This document shows, piece after piece, positions 13,480-23,348 of a stretch of DNA of 24,000 nucleotides; position 1 is the stretch's first letter, and each line of letters starts with the position of its first letter. The translations under genes and the position numbers were made by a program. This DNA is from Chamaesiphon sp. (GTDB lineage: Bacteria; Cyanobacteriota; Cyanobacteriia; Cyanobacteriales; Chamaesiphonaceae). The notes under the pieces were generated by a model. That model was given only the letters and a program-made list of their open reading frames with translations. It did not search any database and had not been told where the DNA came from. Location of the stretch: assembly GCF_041738855.1 (NCBI RefSeq), contig NZ_JBGSPA010000169.1:34803-58802 (forward strand). Direction: 5' to 3'.

Positions 13480-14850
13480 TTAGTGGGACATGCCCTGTTG
13501 AGTCAAGACGCGATTGCGATTTTCATGCCACCGCAGCCCGATCGCATTAGCACAGTAAAACATGAAACCTGGTTCTTCCATCTGGGTAAAAATCAAACCG
13601 AAACAAGCTACGCTCAGCAGCAGAAATCTACAGAAGTTATCGACACAAACGTACCGCCACACAATCACCCCCAGCAGCAAATAGGCGCACAATCCAGCCA
13701 ATCCTAGATCGCCCCAAATCCCCGCCCAACCAAACATGGGACAAAACATGGTAGACTCCATTGCCAGCCAGCTTCCATAGTAAGCATCGAGCATTGCTTG
13801 ACTGGCAGGATGCATAGTTGCGCCTAGTGGTCCAAGAATTGCCCAATTTTCTTTGAGCAACCAACCGCCCAACCGTCCGGCAGTATGACCGGGACCTAAA
13901 CCCAGTAGCCAATTTAATGGAGAGTGATAAAATGTAGGGATTAAATTAAATGCAACTAATTTAATTCGAGCCGCTTCGCCATTAGGCGCAAAAATTCCAT
14001 CTTTATCTAGGTAGTTTTTAAAAGCGGCGAAAGCCTCTATATTTTGTACGCACCAGTAGAAAAAGATCGAAAATATAATGATTAAAGAGATCGAAATGAG
14101 CGTTTTAGTAAAATCCTTGATGGTTAATATAATCAAAAGTGCCCATCCCCCCAACAGTGCAAACAGAACTTGTTTTGAATCCGATAGTTGTAGTTGAAAG
14201 ATAGCACCACATAAAGTTCCAACTCTCAGCCAGAGCGGAGCCGATCGCGCAAACATTAAGTAATAAATAGCAAAGTAAATTGACACGGTTGTTGATACAT
14301 AATTTCCAGCTCCAGAAACGAAAAAAACTCCAGCCATGCCATCAGTTTGATCTAGTCCGCCAGCAGATATTTTATGAAACTTTAGCAGCGGCCACTGGAT
14401 GAAAGCCAGTGCCATATTTGCATAGGCAGAATAAATAGTCCAATTTCTGAAGCGTTGGAAACTCTCTGTGGACATCGGTACGCAGACGATCGCCATCAGG
14501 AGCATAAATGGCTCTGCCAGGATTAAGAAATCGAAAATGATATTAATAATTCCGGCATTATTAATTAAGGCACTTGCGGTCATAACTCCCAACAGAATCA
14601 AGAGTCCACAAAGTAACATCCAGGCAATTGAAATTTGCTTGGAATCTTTCGATCTAGCTGTCGTCAAGATCGCAAGCGTTGTAAATGGGACGATCGCAAA
14701 GTGGAGGTGATTTAGTAGTGACGGTAATCGCGTAACCGAGCAGACAATTCGCGAATAAAATGCTGAAGAAAATGCTGCAATTGCTAATGTGCTACCTTTG
14801 TAAAAACCTTTTTTATGTAATCTTTTTTTCTCTAAACTTGTAGATTGCAT
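13480..14850 (-). CDS. Polytopic membrane protein, O-antigen polymerase/ligase-like (Wzy family)
   Basis: 456 aa with about 10-12 hydrophobic segments, a large loop late in the protein and a WLLGLGPGHTAG motif of the kind seen in Wzy_C/O-antigen-ligase proteins. It sits within the GT cluster. Confidence 0.6.
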   Translation of the reverse strand: MQSTSLEKKRLHKKGFYKGSTLAIAAFSSAFYSRIVCSVTRLPSLLNHLHFAIVPFTTLAILTTARSKDSKQISIAWMLLCGLLILLGVMTASALINNAGIINIIFDFLILAEPFMLLMAIVCVPMSTESFQRFRNWTIYSAYANMALAFIQWPLLKFHKISAGGLDQTDGMAGVFFVSGAGNYVSTTVSIYFAIYYLMFARSAPLWLRVGTLCGAIFQLQLSDSKQVLFALLGGWALLIILTIKDFTKTLISISLIIIFSIFFYWCVQNIEAFAAFKNYLDKDGIFAPNGEAARIKLVAFNLIPTFYHSPLNWLLGLGPGHTAGRLGGWLLKENWAILGPLGATMHPASQAMLDAYYGSWLAMESTMFCPMFGWAGIWGDLGLAGLCAYLLLGVIVWRYVCVDNFCRFLLLSVACFGLIFTQMEEPGFMFYCANAIGLRWHENRNRVLTQQGMSH

Positions 14851-14914
14851 CTATGTACTAGAATGAAGAGTAAAAATATTTATTTCTAAAGTTAGATTTA
14901 ACTACACCTTGCTA

Positions 14915-16072
14915 CTAGTGTCGATCTAAAACATCAAAGTAAAACTGTAAGTATCTAGAAGCAATTGCTTTTTTTGAGAAGCGTGAAGATTGGCGATCGA
15001 TAAATTGTAGCGGTTGCTGGATGGTTTGAAGTATGGCTGCTGCTAAATTTTGGATCGGATCGCCGTGGAGAGCGAAATAGGTACAGTCTGATGAGCCAAT
15101 TTCTCTGAAAATCGGGATATCAGAACAAACAACTTGACAAGATAGGTGGATCGCTTCGGCTAACGGTAAGCAAAATCCTTCGATCGCTGAAGGGATCGCA
15201 AATGCCTGACAATGCTGGTAGAGCCAGCAGAGTTCGCGATCGTCGATCGCTGCCAAGAGATGTATTTTTGCTGTTAGTTTCAGATCTTGAATCTGTCGGA
15301 TCAGATTTGCTGTTTCTGGTCCATGACTCCCTACGATAATTAGCTCGATTGCCTCATCAATTTGTTCTGTCTCTAATAATAATGCATAGGCATTAATTAG
15401 TAAATCGAGATTTTTGTTTTTGCGATGTTGAGCTACATTTAATAAAAATGATACCCGCTCTCGTTGCTCGACTAAATTGGGGATTTTAGGTTCGATCTCA
15501 TCGAAATCGACAATGTTATAAACTACACTCAGCTTTTGTTGAATCTTGACAGGAGAGGCTTTACTAACGGGACGGTGGGGAAAGAAAAACTTTAATCGAT
15601 CCAGAGTGGTTTGGGAAACACAGATGAGTCCATCAGTTTGCTCGATACACTGCCGCAACAACAGTCGATTGCAAAATGCCTGAATTTTGCCAAAATTTTC
15701 TGGATATTCGTAGGGGTATAAATCGTGAATCGTAGCAACGACCGGACATGAAAATTGAGATCGCCTAAACGGTAGCGGGAATGACAAGTGGACGAGATCG
15801 GGTCGCAGTCGATCGGCAAGTTCTGGTAGTCCCGACCAAAACCAAATATTTCTCGCTAAAGAGCTATTTTTAATATCGATGCTAATTATATCGATCTTGT
15901 GGGAGCAAAGGTCGAAAACAGTTGTAAAGTAGTGCCGCTGCCATGCGCCGATGAGCAAGGTAACTTTGGTAATCTCAGCAGTATCGACCAAACAACGGGC
16001 GAGATTTGCGGCATGTCGGCAAACTCCGGTTGGTTTTGAAGGTCTATGTAGGGCAGAAATTAAAACGTGCAT
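14915..16072 (-). CDS. Glycosyltransferase family 4 (GT-B, Glycos_transf_1)
   Basis: 385 aa. C-terminal E-x7-E region (AIPSAIEGFCLPLAEAIHLSCQVVCSDIPIFREI). Confidence 0.85.
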   Translation of the reverse strand: MHVLISALHRPSKPTGVCRHAANLARCLVDTAEITKVTLLIGAWQRHYFTTVFDLCSHKIDIISIDIKNSSLARNIWFWSGLPELADRLRPDLVHLSFPLPFRRSQFSCPVVATIHDLYPYEYPENFGKIQAFCNRLLLRQCIEQTDGLICVSQTTLDRLKFFFPHRPVSKASPVKIQQKLSVVYNIVDFDEIEPKIPNLVEQRERVSFLLNVAQHRKNKNLDLLINAYALLLETEQIDEAIELIIVGSHGPETANLIRQIQDLKLTAKIHLLAAIDDRELCWLYQHCQAFAIPSAIEGFCLPLAEAIHLSCQVVCSDIPIFREIGSSDCTYFALHGDPIQNLAAAILQTIQQPLQFIDRQSSRFSKKAIASRYLQFYFDVLDRH

Positions 16073-16081
16073 GGTTAGTAA

Positions 16082-17320
16082 TTATTTAGCGGTTTTGCTA
16101 ACAACAATTTCTGCATAGATCTGGGCGAGCTGTTTGCCTTTGACTTCCCAGCTATAGCACTCCTGCACGCGCTGCTGTCCAGATTGCCCCATTTTAAACA
16201 GTAGGTCGCGATCGCCAGCTAGTCGCACCATCGCTTTAGCTAGCCCCTGCACTGCTTGTTCTGGGTTATCGGCGGGGATCTTAACACCAGTCTCCGAGGT
16301 AACTTGTGCTGCTGGTCCACCCAAATCCAGGCAGATTACTGGTTTTCCCGCAGCCATCGCTTCTAGACACACCCATCCACCAGAATCATGCAGACTGGGA
16401 TGTACCAAAATCGTCGCTTGTAAGAGCTTCTGGAGCACCTCATCGCGAGGCAACAAGCCCCAAAACTTGACCCGATTGGCTATACCGAGATCGATTGCCA
16501 GCTCTTTGAGTCGTTCGAGTTCTGGTCCTTCACCCAAAATCCAGTACTCAGCATCAGTTAAATTGGCTTGGGCAAAGGCACGCAAACCCAAATAAAAGCC
16601 TTTCCAATGGAGCAGGCGGGCGATCCCGATAAACCGGATTGGCGTATCGTCAGGGGGTGTGGATCGATCGAGTTGAGTGATGTCTCGAGCTGACAAGGCA
16701 GTTTCCGAGCAGATCTGGACGTTGGGCGCGCCTAGCTGATGCACTCGCGCAGCGGTATCTGGAGTCGTCGCATAGGCTATCGCGCTCCGCCGCGCAGTCA
16801 GCAATGTAAAAGGATCGAGTTCGCCAATCGATCGCCATGCCCACCGCGCTACTTCGTAGAGCTTATTTTTCCAGCTAAAATCTTGCCAAAATGATAGCGG
16901 CGCAGATTCGCCGCCACCAACTGGTCCCCAAACAAACGGCACGGGTAGGAAAGACAAAAAACTAGGGCTGGCGTAACGAACGAAAGTGACATGGTGGATC
17001 GCATCAAACCCAACTTCTTGATGAAGTTTTTTACCCACGAAATATGCCTGGATTTGCCAGAGGTAGTAGTGTAACTGCATCGCCCCAGACTGTCCCCACC
17101 TAAGGCTATCTTGCCAAAAGGGGAGTGTAAAGTAGACAAAATGTAGATTGGGAATCGGATTGAGTGCCAGTTCTGCTTCGATCGCTTCTTTGCTTTGATC
17201 GGAGCGAGTCAATACCCAAACTTCGTGATATTTGGCGACTTCGCTAGCGACATTCCAACCGACTCCGCGTTCGGAGCCTTTATGTGGCTCACAGGCATAA
17301 GCAGATAGAAGTACTTTCAT
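16082..17320 (-). CDS. Glycosyltransferase family 4 (GT-B)
   Basis: 412 aa. The N-terminus MKVLLSAYACEPHKGSERGVGWN and HPSLHDSGGWVCLEAMAAGKPVICLDLGG are typical of GT4. It lies 9 bp upstream of the next GT. Confidence 0.85.
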   Translation of the reverse strand: MKVLLSAYACEPHKGSERGVGWNVASEVAKYHEVWVLTRSDQSKEAIEAELALNPIPNLHFVYFTLPFWQDSLRWGQSGAMQLHYYLWQIQAYFVGKKLHQEVGFDAIHHVTFVRYASPSFLSFLPVPFVWGPVGGGESAPLSFWQDFSWKNKLYEVARWAWRSIGELDPFTLLTARRSAIAYATTPDTAARVHQLGAPNVQICSETALSARDITQLDRSTPPDDTPIRFIGIARLLHWKGFYLGLRAFAQANLTDAEYWILGEGPELERLKELAIDLGIANRVKFWGLLPRDEVLQKLLQATILVHPSLHDSGGWVCLEAMAAGKPVICLDLGGPAAQVTSETGVKIPADNPEQAVQGLAKAMVRLAGDRDLLFKMGQSGQQRVQECYSWEVKGKQLAQIYAEIVVSKTAK

Positions 17321-17342
17321 CTTAAATTTTTTTCCACTAACG

Positions 17343-17726
17343 CTAGATAACTGCTAGACAAACTGAGTAAAAGTGATAATTTAATCTTATTAAAAGGGGT
17401 AAAGGGTGAAGATAAGGAGAGACGTTTTTCTCCACAGGAGCAACTGAGCCGACGAAAATGTCGCCTAATGGATCAGAGAAACTTTGGTGGGTGTGTTGGG
17501 TACTATGGAGCAGAAAAGTGTGGTGTGGCACCAGTTTTGGTAACTCGTCGATCCCTTCCCGATCGATATCTAGTCCGATAATGTCGTCGGCAGCCTCTGC
17601 TAGCTTAAAATGTAAGAGTTCGCGATTAGCAATCTTTTCGGCAGTAATCGGACTATCCGTACAGCCAATAGGTAATACTTTCTTGTTTTGACAGGCTGCA
17701 ATCAACCAGTTATCTCGCCGAATCAT
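17343..17726 (-). pseudogene. Truncated class I SAM-methyltransferase-like ORF (probable remnant)
   Basis: 127 aa. KKVLPIGCTDSPITAEKIANRELLHFKLAEAADDIIGLDIDREGI resembles the N-terminal half of methyltransferases found in glycan clusters. The glycine-rich SAM motif is degraded (PIGCT) and the C-terminal ~100 aa of the fold are missing. Confidence 0.4.
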
Positions 17727-17778
17727 TTTAATTCTGGTTATTTTTTCATCGGCTTGCTCCGATTGATAATTTGCAGTC

Positions 17779-18924
17779 CTAGGGTTTTACAGGTGTTTGT
17801 TGTGTTGTTTTGAGCGAATCTTCGTAGATAGATGCTGTTTGCTCGGCTGCTTTAAGCCAAGTAAAGAGACTGGCTCGCTCGACCCCTAGCTCAATTGTAG
17901 CTTGATAGTAGTTAGCATCTTGGCGCAACCGACAAACCGCTGCCACGATCGCCTCAATGTCTAGCGGATCGACTAAAATAGCCGCATTTCCAGCTACTTC
18001 TGGTAAGGAAGATACATTGGAGGTAATCACGGGAGTCCCGCAAGCCATCGCCTCTAAGATCGTCAAGCCAAAGCCTTCATACAGTGAAGGCGCGAGCAAT
18101 ACGTCAGCAGCATTGTAAATTTCCAATAGTGTGGTTTTGTCGGGTCGATCGATAAATGTAATCATCGATTCTAACTGATGAGATTGAATGAAAGCAGACA
18201 GTTCTGGAGCGAATTTTTCACCGACTTTCCATAGCTTGACATCCACGCCCCGATCGCGCAGCATTACCAGCGCGCGCAAGACTGTGGGAAGATTTTTGCG
18301 GTGATGGTTCGACCCCACATTTAGCAAGCAGAAGCTGGTGGGCGAGCTTTCATAGCGTTGTCGGATCGCGGCTATTTTCGTTGCTGGCAGCCTGTGGAAA
18401 TAAGATTCTACGCCATTGGGAACGACAGCAATATGCGCTGGCGGAATGTGTAATAATTGAGCTACATCATTTGCGGTATTAGTGGATACGGCGATCGTCC
18501 GAGCGGCACCAGCGATGCCGCCTACAGAATATTTCCACGAAGCCATGCTCAAAGCGGGAAAACGCGATTGACCCTTGAGGATTTCTGGATAGATGAATTG
18601 CACCAGATCGTGACAGGTTACAATTATCTTACAGCTTTTGTGCTTGAGCCAGTAAGCCACATGAGCATTGCTATGGTCGATAATGTGGAAGATATCCCCT
18701 TCTAATCGTTGGACTGCCTGAGGATGCCGCCATAACCGTTCGTAGTATTTACGCAGCCCCGTACCAGATTGCCACTGGTTGCCCTGTTTGCTCCAGGGTT
18801 CGGGAGCTATTTCAACAATATCCCAGTCGGGATGGATTGTTCTCAATCCAGCCACTAAATTGTCTGCATAGATATCCATGCTGAGTGCGATTCCCTGTTC
18901 TCGGCGAACTATTACTATTCGCAT
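17779..18924 (-). CDS. Glycosyltransferase family 4 (GT-B)
   Basis: 381 aa. LAPSLYEGFGLTILEAMACGTPVITSNVSSLPEV (E-x7-E). Confidence 0.9.
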   Translation of the reverse strand: MRIVIVRREQGIALSMDIYADNLVAGLRTIHPDWDIVEIAPEPWSKQGNQWQSGTGLRKYYERLWRHPQAVQRLEGDIFHIIDHSNAHVAYWLKHKSCKIIVTCHDLVQFIYPEILKGQSRFPALSMASWKYSVGGIAGAARTIAVSTNTANDVAQLLHIPPAHIAVVPNGVESYFHRLPATKIAAIRQRYESSPTSFCLLNVGSNHHRKNLPTVLRALVMLRDRGVDVKLWKVGEKFAPELSAFIQSHQLESMITFIDRPDKTTLLEIYNAADVLLAPSLYEGFGLTILEAMACGTPVITSNVSSLPEVAGNAAILVDPLDIEAIVAAVCRLRQDANYYQATIELGVERASLFTWLKAAEQTASIYEDSLKTTQQTPVKP

Positions 18925-19028
18925 GTGCTAAGTACCCAAGAAACTGACTGGCATAGGAGATCGATCGAGTGACGTTTTTATTTTCAAAAGTTTCATTAAT
19001 TTCACGATCCGCACGTATCTGCAAGTAG

Positions 19029-19952
19029 TTATTTGACCAGAGTATTCACTTTTCTGAAAATCCGCTTAGATAAATTATTCAAATTTGATCGATAGTCCCA
19101 AATTAAACTCATCGTATACAAGTTAGGCATGAGCTGTTCGCGCAAGACATAGTTACCATCATCCGTGTCATAATCTAATGCTGATGCTTCGAGAATCCGA
19201 TCTTTCCACGTTTGGGTATCGGGTCGATCGTAATCGACATTTGCAGGTGCCAAATGATTGTTAAATACCATTTTCTTCCAATCTGACTGCGATTCGTGGG
19301 GAAAGCTATTTCTAGCAGCAGCAGCGCGCCGAATTTCTAGCCTTTTTTCAATTTGGTGGGGAGAACGATACTGAAAGTTTTTTTGTCTGATCCTAACGGG
19401 GTAAGCATCGCCAGTTAATCCAGAAGGCCATTGGCGATCGCTTTCCCAAATTAAACTGCTCGAATACTTAAAAAAGCGCAGCTCCGACCAATTATTGAGA
19501 TAGTAGCGGCACTTTTTAGCGACGGGGACATCATCAGCGTAAAGGGCTGGATTGCTTTCATACAGCTCTAGATCTCGATCGGTGAAATAATAGTTAAAAA
19601 CAGCAGTGACAATTGCCTTATATTTTGGGGGAACCTTTGTGATAAATTCACGCGGATTATCGATGTAGATTTCGTCGGCATCTAACCTGCACCACCAATC
19701 ACCGTCCATACAATTGGCGCGGTAGTGATTGAATATTTGACCGCCCAGATTCTCGCTAAAGGGGCAAGCATCTTGCTTATAAGGAACGATCTGCGGATAT
19801 TTATCGCCCAGCTCTAAGATTTTTTCCCAGGTGCCATCGCTACTACCATTGTCAAACACATAGATAAAATTACACCACTGAGCTGCACTTGTCAAGGTTT
19901 GTTCGATAATATCAATTTCATTCTTGGCAAGGCATAATGCATAAATTTTCAT
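19029..19952 (-). CDS. Glycosyltransferase family 2-like (GT-A)
   Basis: 307 aa. MKIYALCLAKNEIDIIEQTL...VFDNGSSDGT...RLDADE matches the Glyco_tranf_2_4-type pattern (D-x-D equivalent is DADE). Confidence 0.7.
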   Translation of the reverse strand: MKIYALCLAKNEIDIIEQTLTSAAQWCNFIYVFDNGSSDGTWEKILELGDKYPQIVPYKQDACPFSENLGGQIFNHYRANCMDGDWWCRLDADEIYIDNPREFITKVPPKYKAIVTAVFNYYFTDRDLELYESNPALYADDVPVAKKCRYYLNNWSELRFFKYSSSLIWESDRQWPSGLTGDAYPVRIRQKNFQYRSPHQIEKRLEIRRAAAARNSFPHESQSDWKKMVFNNHLAPANVDYDRPDTQTWKDRILEASALDYDTDDGNYVLREQLMPNLYTMSLIWDYRSNLNNLSKRIFRKVNTLVK

Positions 19953-20014
19953 CTGAATTCCTCACTTTCTATTGAGTACTATTAAATATTACAGCGATGC
20001 TTATCTCTAAATAT

Positions 20015-21181
20015 TTAGCGATCGCTAATGTAGTCGATCGCCTCAAAAAAACATAATGTCGCACTTTTAGGCGTATTCCTTAGCATGATTTGCGTGGATT
20101 CAACACCCATTTTTTGGATGAGATCGGGTGTATCCAAGAACCGAATCATATATGCGGCTAACTGCTCGATCCGATCGGGATCGTATCGAAAACCATTTAC
20201 GCCGTTATTCACCATTTCTGCGGCTCCTGCTCCAGTAGAGCAAATGACAGGTTTGCCAAAAGCCATTGCCTCCGTGAGTACCATCCCCCAGATGTCATCA
20301 AAGGTGGGGAAAATAAATACATCAGCAAGTTGAAAGTATGCACCTAAACAGCGATAGGGAATTTTACCCAGCCATTTAACTTGTTGCGCCAAACCAGACT
20401 CTTTTGCGAAGGTTTCCAGCTCCGCTTGCTGTTCGCCATCACCAATGATCGCCAGCGTATAATCCTCATAGCCCTGCTGTTTGAGCTGCAAACAAGCTGC
20501 TAGTAAATTTTTGAGTCCTTTCCGGGGAATAATTTGTCCGACGAACAGGAAGATCGATCTGTTGGCGTGAGGATCTAGCTGGGGAAGTTCGTCGGCGGCT
20601 GAAGATTGCATCATAGCTTTCACGCTGGGAACCAGAAATGGTCTGGCAAATACCCGCTGTGGGTTGACTTGCAAAATATCCAACAAGTAAGATTTCCCTG
20701 CTTGACTATTGACCACAAACGCATCGCATAATTGTGCCATCCATTGCCGCGCCCGATAGCGAATAGTAGAACTACTAGGACTTTCGTAGAGGGGTGAACC
20801 GCCCTCGTAGGTAATAATTACCTTCCAGCGACAAATGGGTTTGAGCAGTAAGGCAATCGCGGTCCAGGTGGTAAAAGCATTGGCAAAAACGATCCGAGGC
20901 TTAAATTGCCACAGACGACTGACGATCTGTGGTGAGGCAGCAGAAAAACCGATCGTATAGCCATTAGTTGCTTTGCCCAATTCGATGTAGTGCGTTGCGC
21001 CCACTTCTTCAACGATAAAAGTCTGCTCGAATCCAGCCGCATAACCAGGCCACTGTCCGGTAAAAGTAGTTGTATTAGGATATATCCGGCTGAACTCAGC
21101 CAGAAGATGTTGAAATGAGATCCCACCTGTGCCCATTGCCGGGAGCAACCAAGCAACCCGATCTAACGATTTCTGTCGCAC
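20015..21181 (-). CDS. Glycosyltransferase family 4 (GT-B)
   Basis: 388 aa, non-ATG (GTG) start in the track. FIFPTFDDIWGMVLTEAMAFGKPVICSTGAGAAEMV. Confidence 0.85.
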   Translation of the reverse strand: MRQKSLDRVAWLLPAMGTGGISFQHLLAEFSRIYPNTTTFTGQWPGYAAGFEQTFIVEEVGATHYIELGKATNGYTIGFSAASPQIVSRLWQFKPRIVFANAFTTWTAIALLLKPICRWKVIITYEGGSPLYESPSSSTIRYRARQWMAQLCDAFVVNSQAGKSYLLDILQVNPQRVFARPFLVPSVKAMMQSSAADELPQLDPHANRSIFLFVGQIIPRKGLKNLLAACLQLKQQGYEDYTLAIIGDGEQQAELETFAKESGLAQQVKWLGKIPYRCLGAYFQLADVFIFPTFDDIWGMVLTEAMAFGKPVICSTGAGAAEMVNNGVNGFRYDPDRIEQLAAYMIRFLDTPDLIQKMGVESTQIMLRNTPKSATLCFFEAIDYISDR

Positions 21182-21226
21182 GTCTTTACTCCTATCGTTA
21201 CAAAATAATAGCTCCGATCGATCTTC

Positions 21227-22225
21227 CTACTTTTTATAAGGTAAAAGTAATTCAACTCCAGGTAAGAACAACACGGTTTCTAAGGTCTGCTGAGCGAGAT
21301 TGGGTTTGGGGTTGTGCGCTGCTAAATATTCGTAGAGCCATTTGTATTTGGGTGTCGATCGATCGAATTCCTTCATCCACTTTAATGTTTTTACCCAAGT
21401 TCTTTCCCGATATTGTTCTTTTCTAGGTCGAAATAGATGGTCGTGAATACAGACCATTTCTTCAAAACTACTCAATCGTTCTGTTGCTGGCATTGCGTTG
21501 TGTGAATGCACTGGGTAGTTATAACCAGGGGAAAAGTGAAAAACTTTGTCAGTTAAGGCACAGATAGTAGCAGAAAGAGCTGACTGCTCGTAATACCAAT
21601 TCTCTTTTGTAATGGAAGTACCTACTTCTAAAAGCTGCTCGATCGTCTGCTTCCAAGCAGTGAAGATTCCTAGTTTTCTTCTCACTGCAACTACGCCTGA
21701 ATTCCAGAAAGCTCTGATTCTTTTGCGATCTACTGTGGTGGTGACGTATCGCTCTAAATCTTGCGCTCCAGTAATCTGATAAAGACGCAGCCAATATGCC
21801 TCATTTGGATCGGTTGTCCCTTCCGAACCAATCATTTTGTGATGTTCGGGGCGAATCCCCACATCATATTCTGGCGACAACATAAATTCTTTAGGTTCGG
21901 AAAAAAATACCAAATCGCTATCTAGAAAAACAATGATATCAGCATCGATAGTTTGCTCTGCATACGCACAGAGCAGTGGCTTATTCGCTAGCGGATAGTT
22001 TGGATAATTCGTGTTGAGCACAACTTTTCGATGCTCTACATTAAATGATGCGAGCTTGTCGATCGTTGCTTGTAAAACGTCGTTCTGCTCACGCACCTGA
22101 AAACTGAACAGCGGTGACTCCTTAAATTTTCCTGTATATTTACGAAAGCTTTCAACCATCAGTAAAGATTCTTGCTCTAGCTGACCGCCCTCAGTACATA
22201 GAATAAAGGCTATGGACTCAGACAT
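21227..22225 (-). CDS. Putative GT-A fold nucleotide-sugar transferase (GT8-like)
   Basis: 332 aa. D-x-D in IIVFLDSDLVFF and a downstream FWNSGVVAV resemble GT8-type motifs. I have no firm family assignment. Confidence 0.5.
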   Translation of the reverse strand: MSESIAFILCTEGGQLEQESLLMVESFRKYTGKFKESPLFSFQVREQNDVLQATIDKLASFNVEHRKVVLNTNYPNYPLANKPLLCAYAEQTIDADIIVFLDSDLVFFSEPKEFMLSPEYDVGIRPEHHKMIGSEGTTDPNEAYWLRLYQITGAQDLERYVTTTVDRKRIRAFWNSGVVAVRRKLGIFTAWKQTIEQLLEVGTSITKENWYYEQSALSATICALTDKVFHFSPGYNYPVHSHNAMPATERLSSFEEMVCIHDHLFRPRKEQYRERTWVKTLKWMKEFDRSTPKYKWLYEYLAAHNPKPNLAQQTLETVLFLPGVELLLPYKK

Positions 22226-22473
22226 AATAAACGCTCCAGATTAATTACTGATGGAACCGTAAGTGTCTTCAACAGAGAAGCTGATGCGGATAATTCTTAC
22301 ATCACCATTGACATCCTACCAATTTCGGTAATTTTACAACTCCGCAAAATGACTAATTTGTTAGTTCGATCGCCTATCTACTTGTAATAAAAGATAAATT
22401 TTGGATACATTCTCTCGATCAAATTTCTACCTTCATAATCCCCAAAAATTTAGATTTAGAGATCGGATTAATT

Positions 22474-23214
22474 TTATTGAATGCGATCGACTTGACGCTT
22501 GAATTTTGCATATATCCCCTTGAACGGTAGAGTCAAATAAGAACTAACGCTCAAAGATCCATCTTCAACATCTTTAATTTGCTTATCTAGATGTTCGCCA
22601 ATCACGCAAGTAATCATGTCAGGATTGACGACAGCAGCGATTCGAGGCTCCCTTCCAGCTTCGGGACTGCGTTGTGCTCTAAAGATATTTTGGCGGTACC
22701 AAGGCTCAATCCGCGAGTCATTCCAAATTTTCCAACGCAGTGCATCAGAACAGACAAAACCCTGGTTATTAAAAAGCTGTTGCCAATAATCTGGCCATTG
22801 ACAATTGACATGATGTTGACCTGCTTGACCGGGACAAGCAGCCGAAAAATAAATATTGTCTGAATGGCGAGTGAGATTGGCAACTAATTGAGGCGCGAAA
22901 TAGCAATCTAAGTGTTCGGCAACTTCCAGACACAGCAGCGCATCAAAGCGGCGATTTAGATTCCATTCCTGAGTTAAGTCTTGTTGCCTGAAGAGTTCGC
23001 GCGGTATCAGCAAGTTCTCGGCGGAGATTTCTACTCCATCAATGCCATAGATGTCTGAGATTCCTAGTTTTAAGGCGGCTTTTAGCCACACTCCCATGCC
23101 ACAGCCAACATCTAACAGACTTTTTGGTTTCACCCCATCAAGGAGCGATGGCAGCGCAGAAGCAGCTCCTTCGATCGTATGTACATTGCTGGCATGATCG
23201 TAATCAATTTTCAT
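22474..23214 (-). CDS. Class I SAM-dependent methyltransferase
   Basis: 246 aa. Motif I LLDVGCGMGVWL, acidic loop DIYGIDG, post-I LLCLEVAEHL. Confidence 0.85.
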   Translation of the reverse strand: MKIDYDHASNVHTIEGAASALPSLLDGVKPKSLLDVGCGMGVWLKAALKLGISDIYGIDGVEISAENLLIPRELFRQQDLTQEWNLNRRFDALLCLEVAEHLDCYFAPQLVANLTRHSDNIYFSAACPGQAGQHHVNCQWPDYWQQLFNNQGFVCSDALRWKIWNDSRIEPWYRQNIFRAQRSPEAGREPRIAAVVNPDMITCVIGEHLDKQIKDVEDGSLSVSSYLTLPFKGIYAKFKRQVDRIQ

Positions 23215-23348
23215 AACTTTTTAGCTCGATTGTTATCTGAATTTTACCAATCTTGGTAAATTTATAACTCAGCATAATTACTGCTTTTCATCGTTTATCT
23301 CCATACTTGAATACTACTATTTCTCATCTTCTGACTTTTACAGGAAGT

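Noticed and set aside
12479-23000. Numerous nested or antisense tracked ORFs within the GT, Wzy and methyltransferase genes (for example 12479-12688, 13477-13707, 13637-13912, 14468-14710, 15592-15819, 16650-17139, 17458-17691, 18457-18705, 18812-19024, 20085-20333, 20818-21426, 21549-21794, 22591-22883)
   Set aside because: Each overlaps a longer ORF with clear family motifs. None has motifs of its own.
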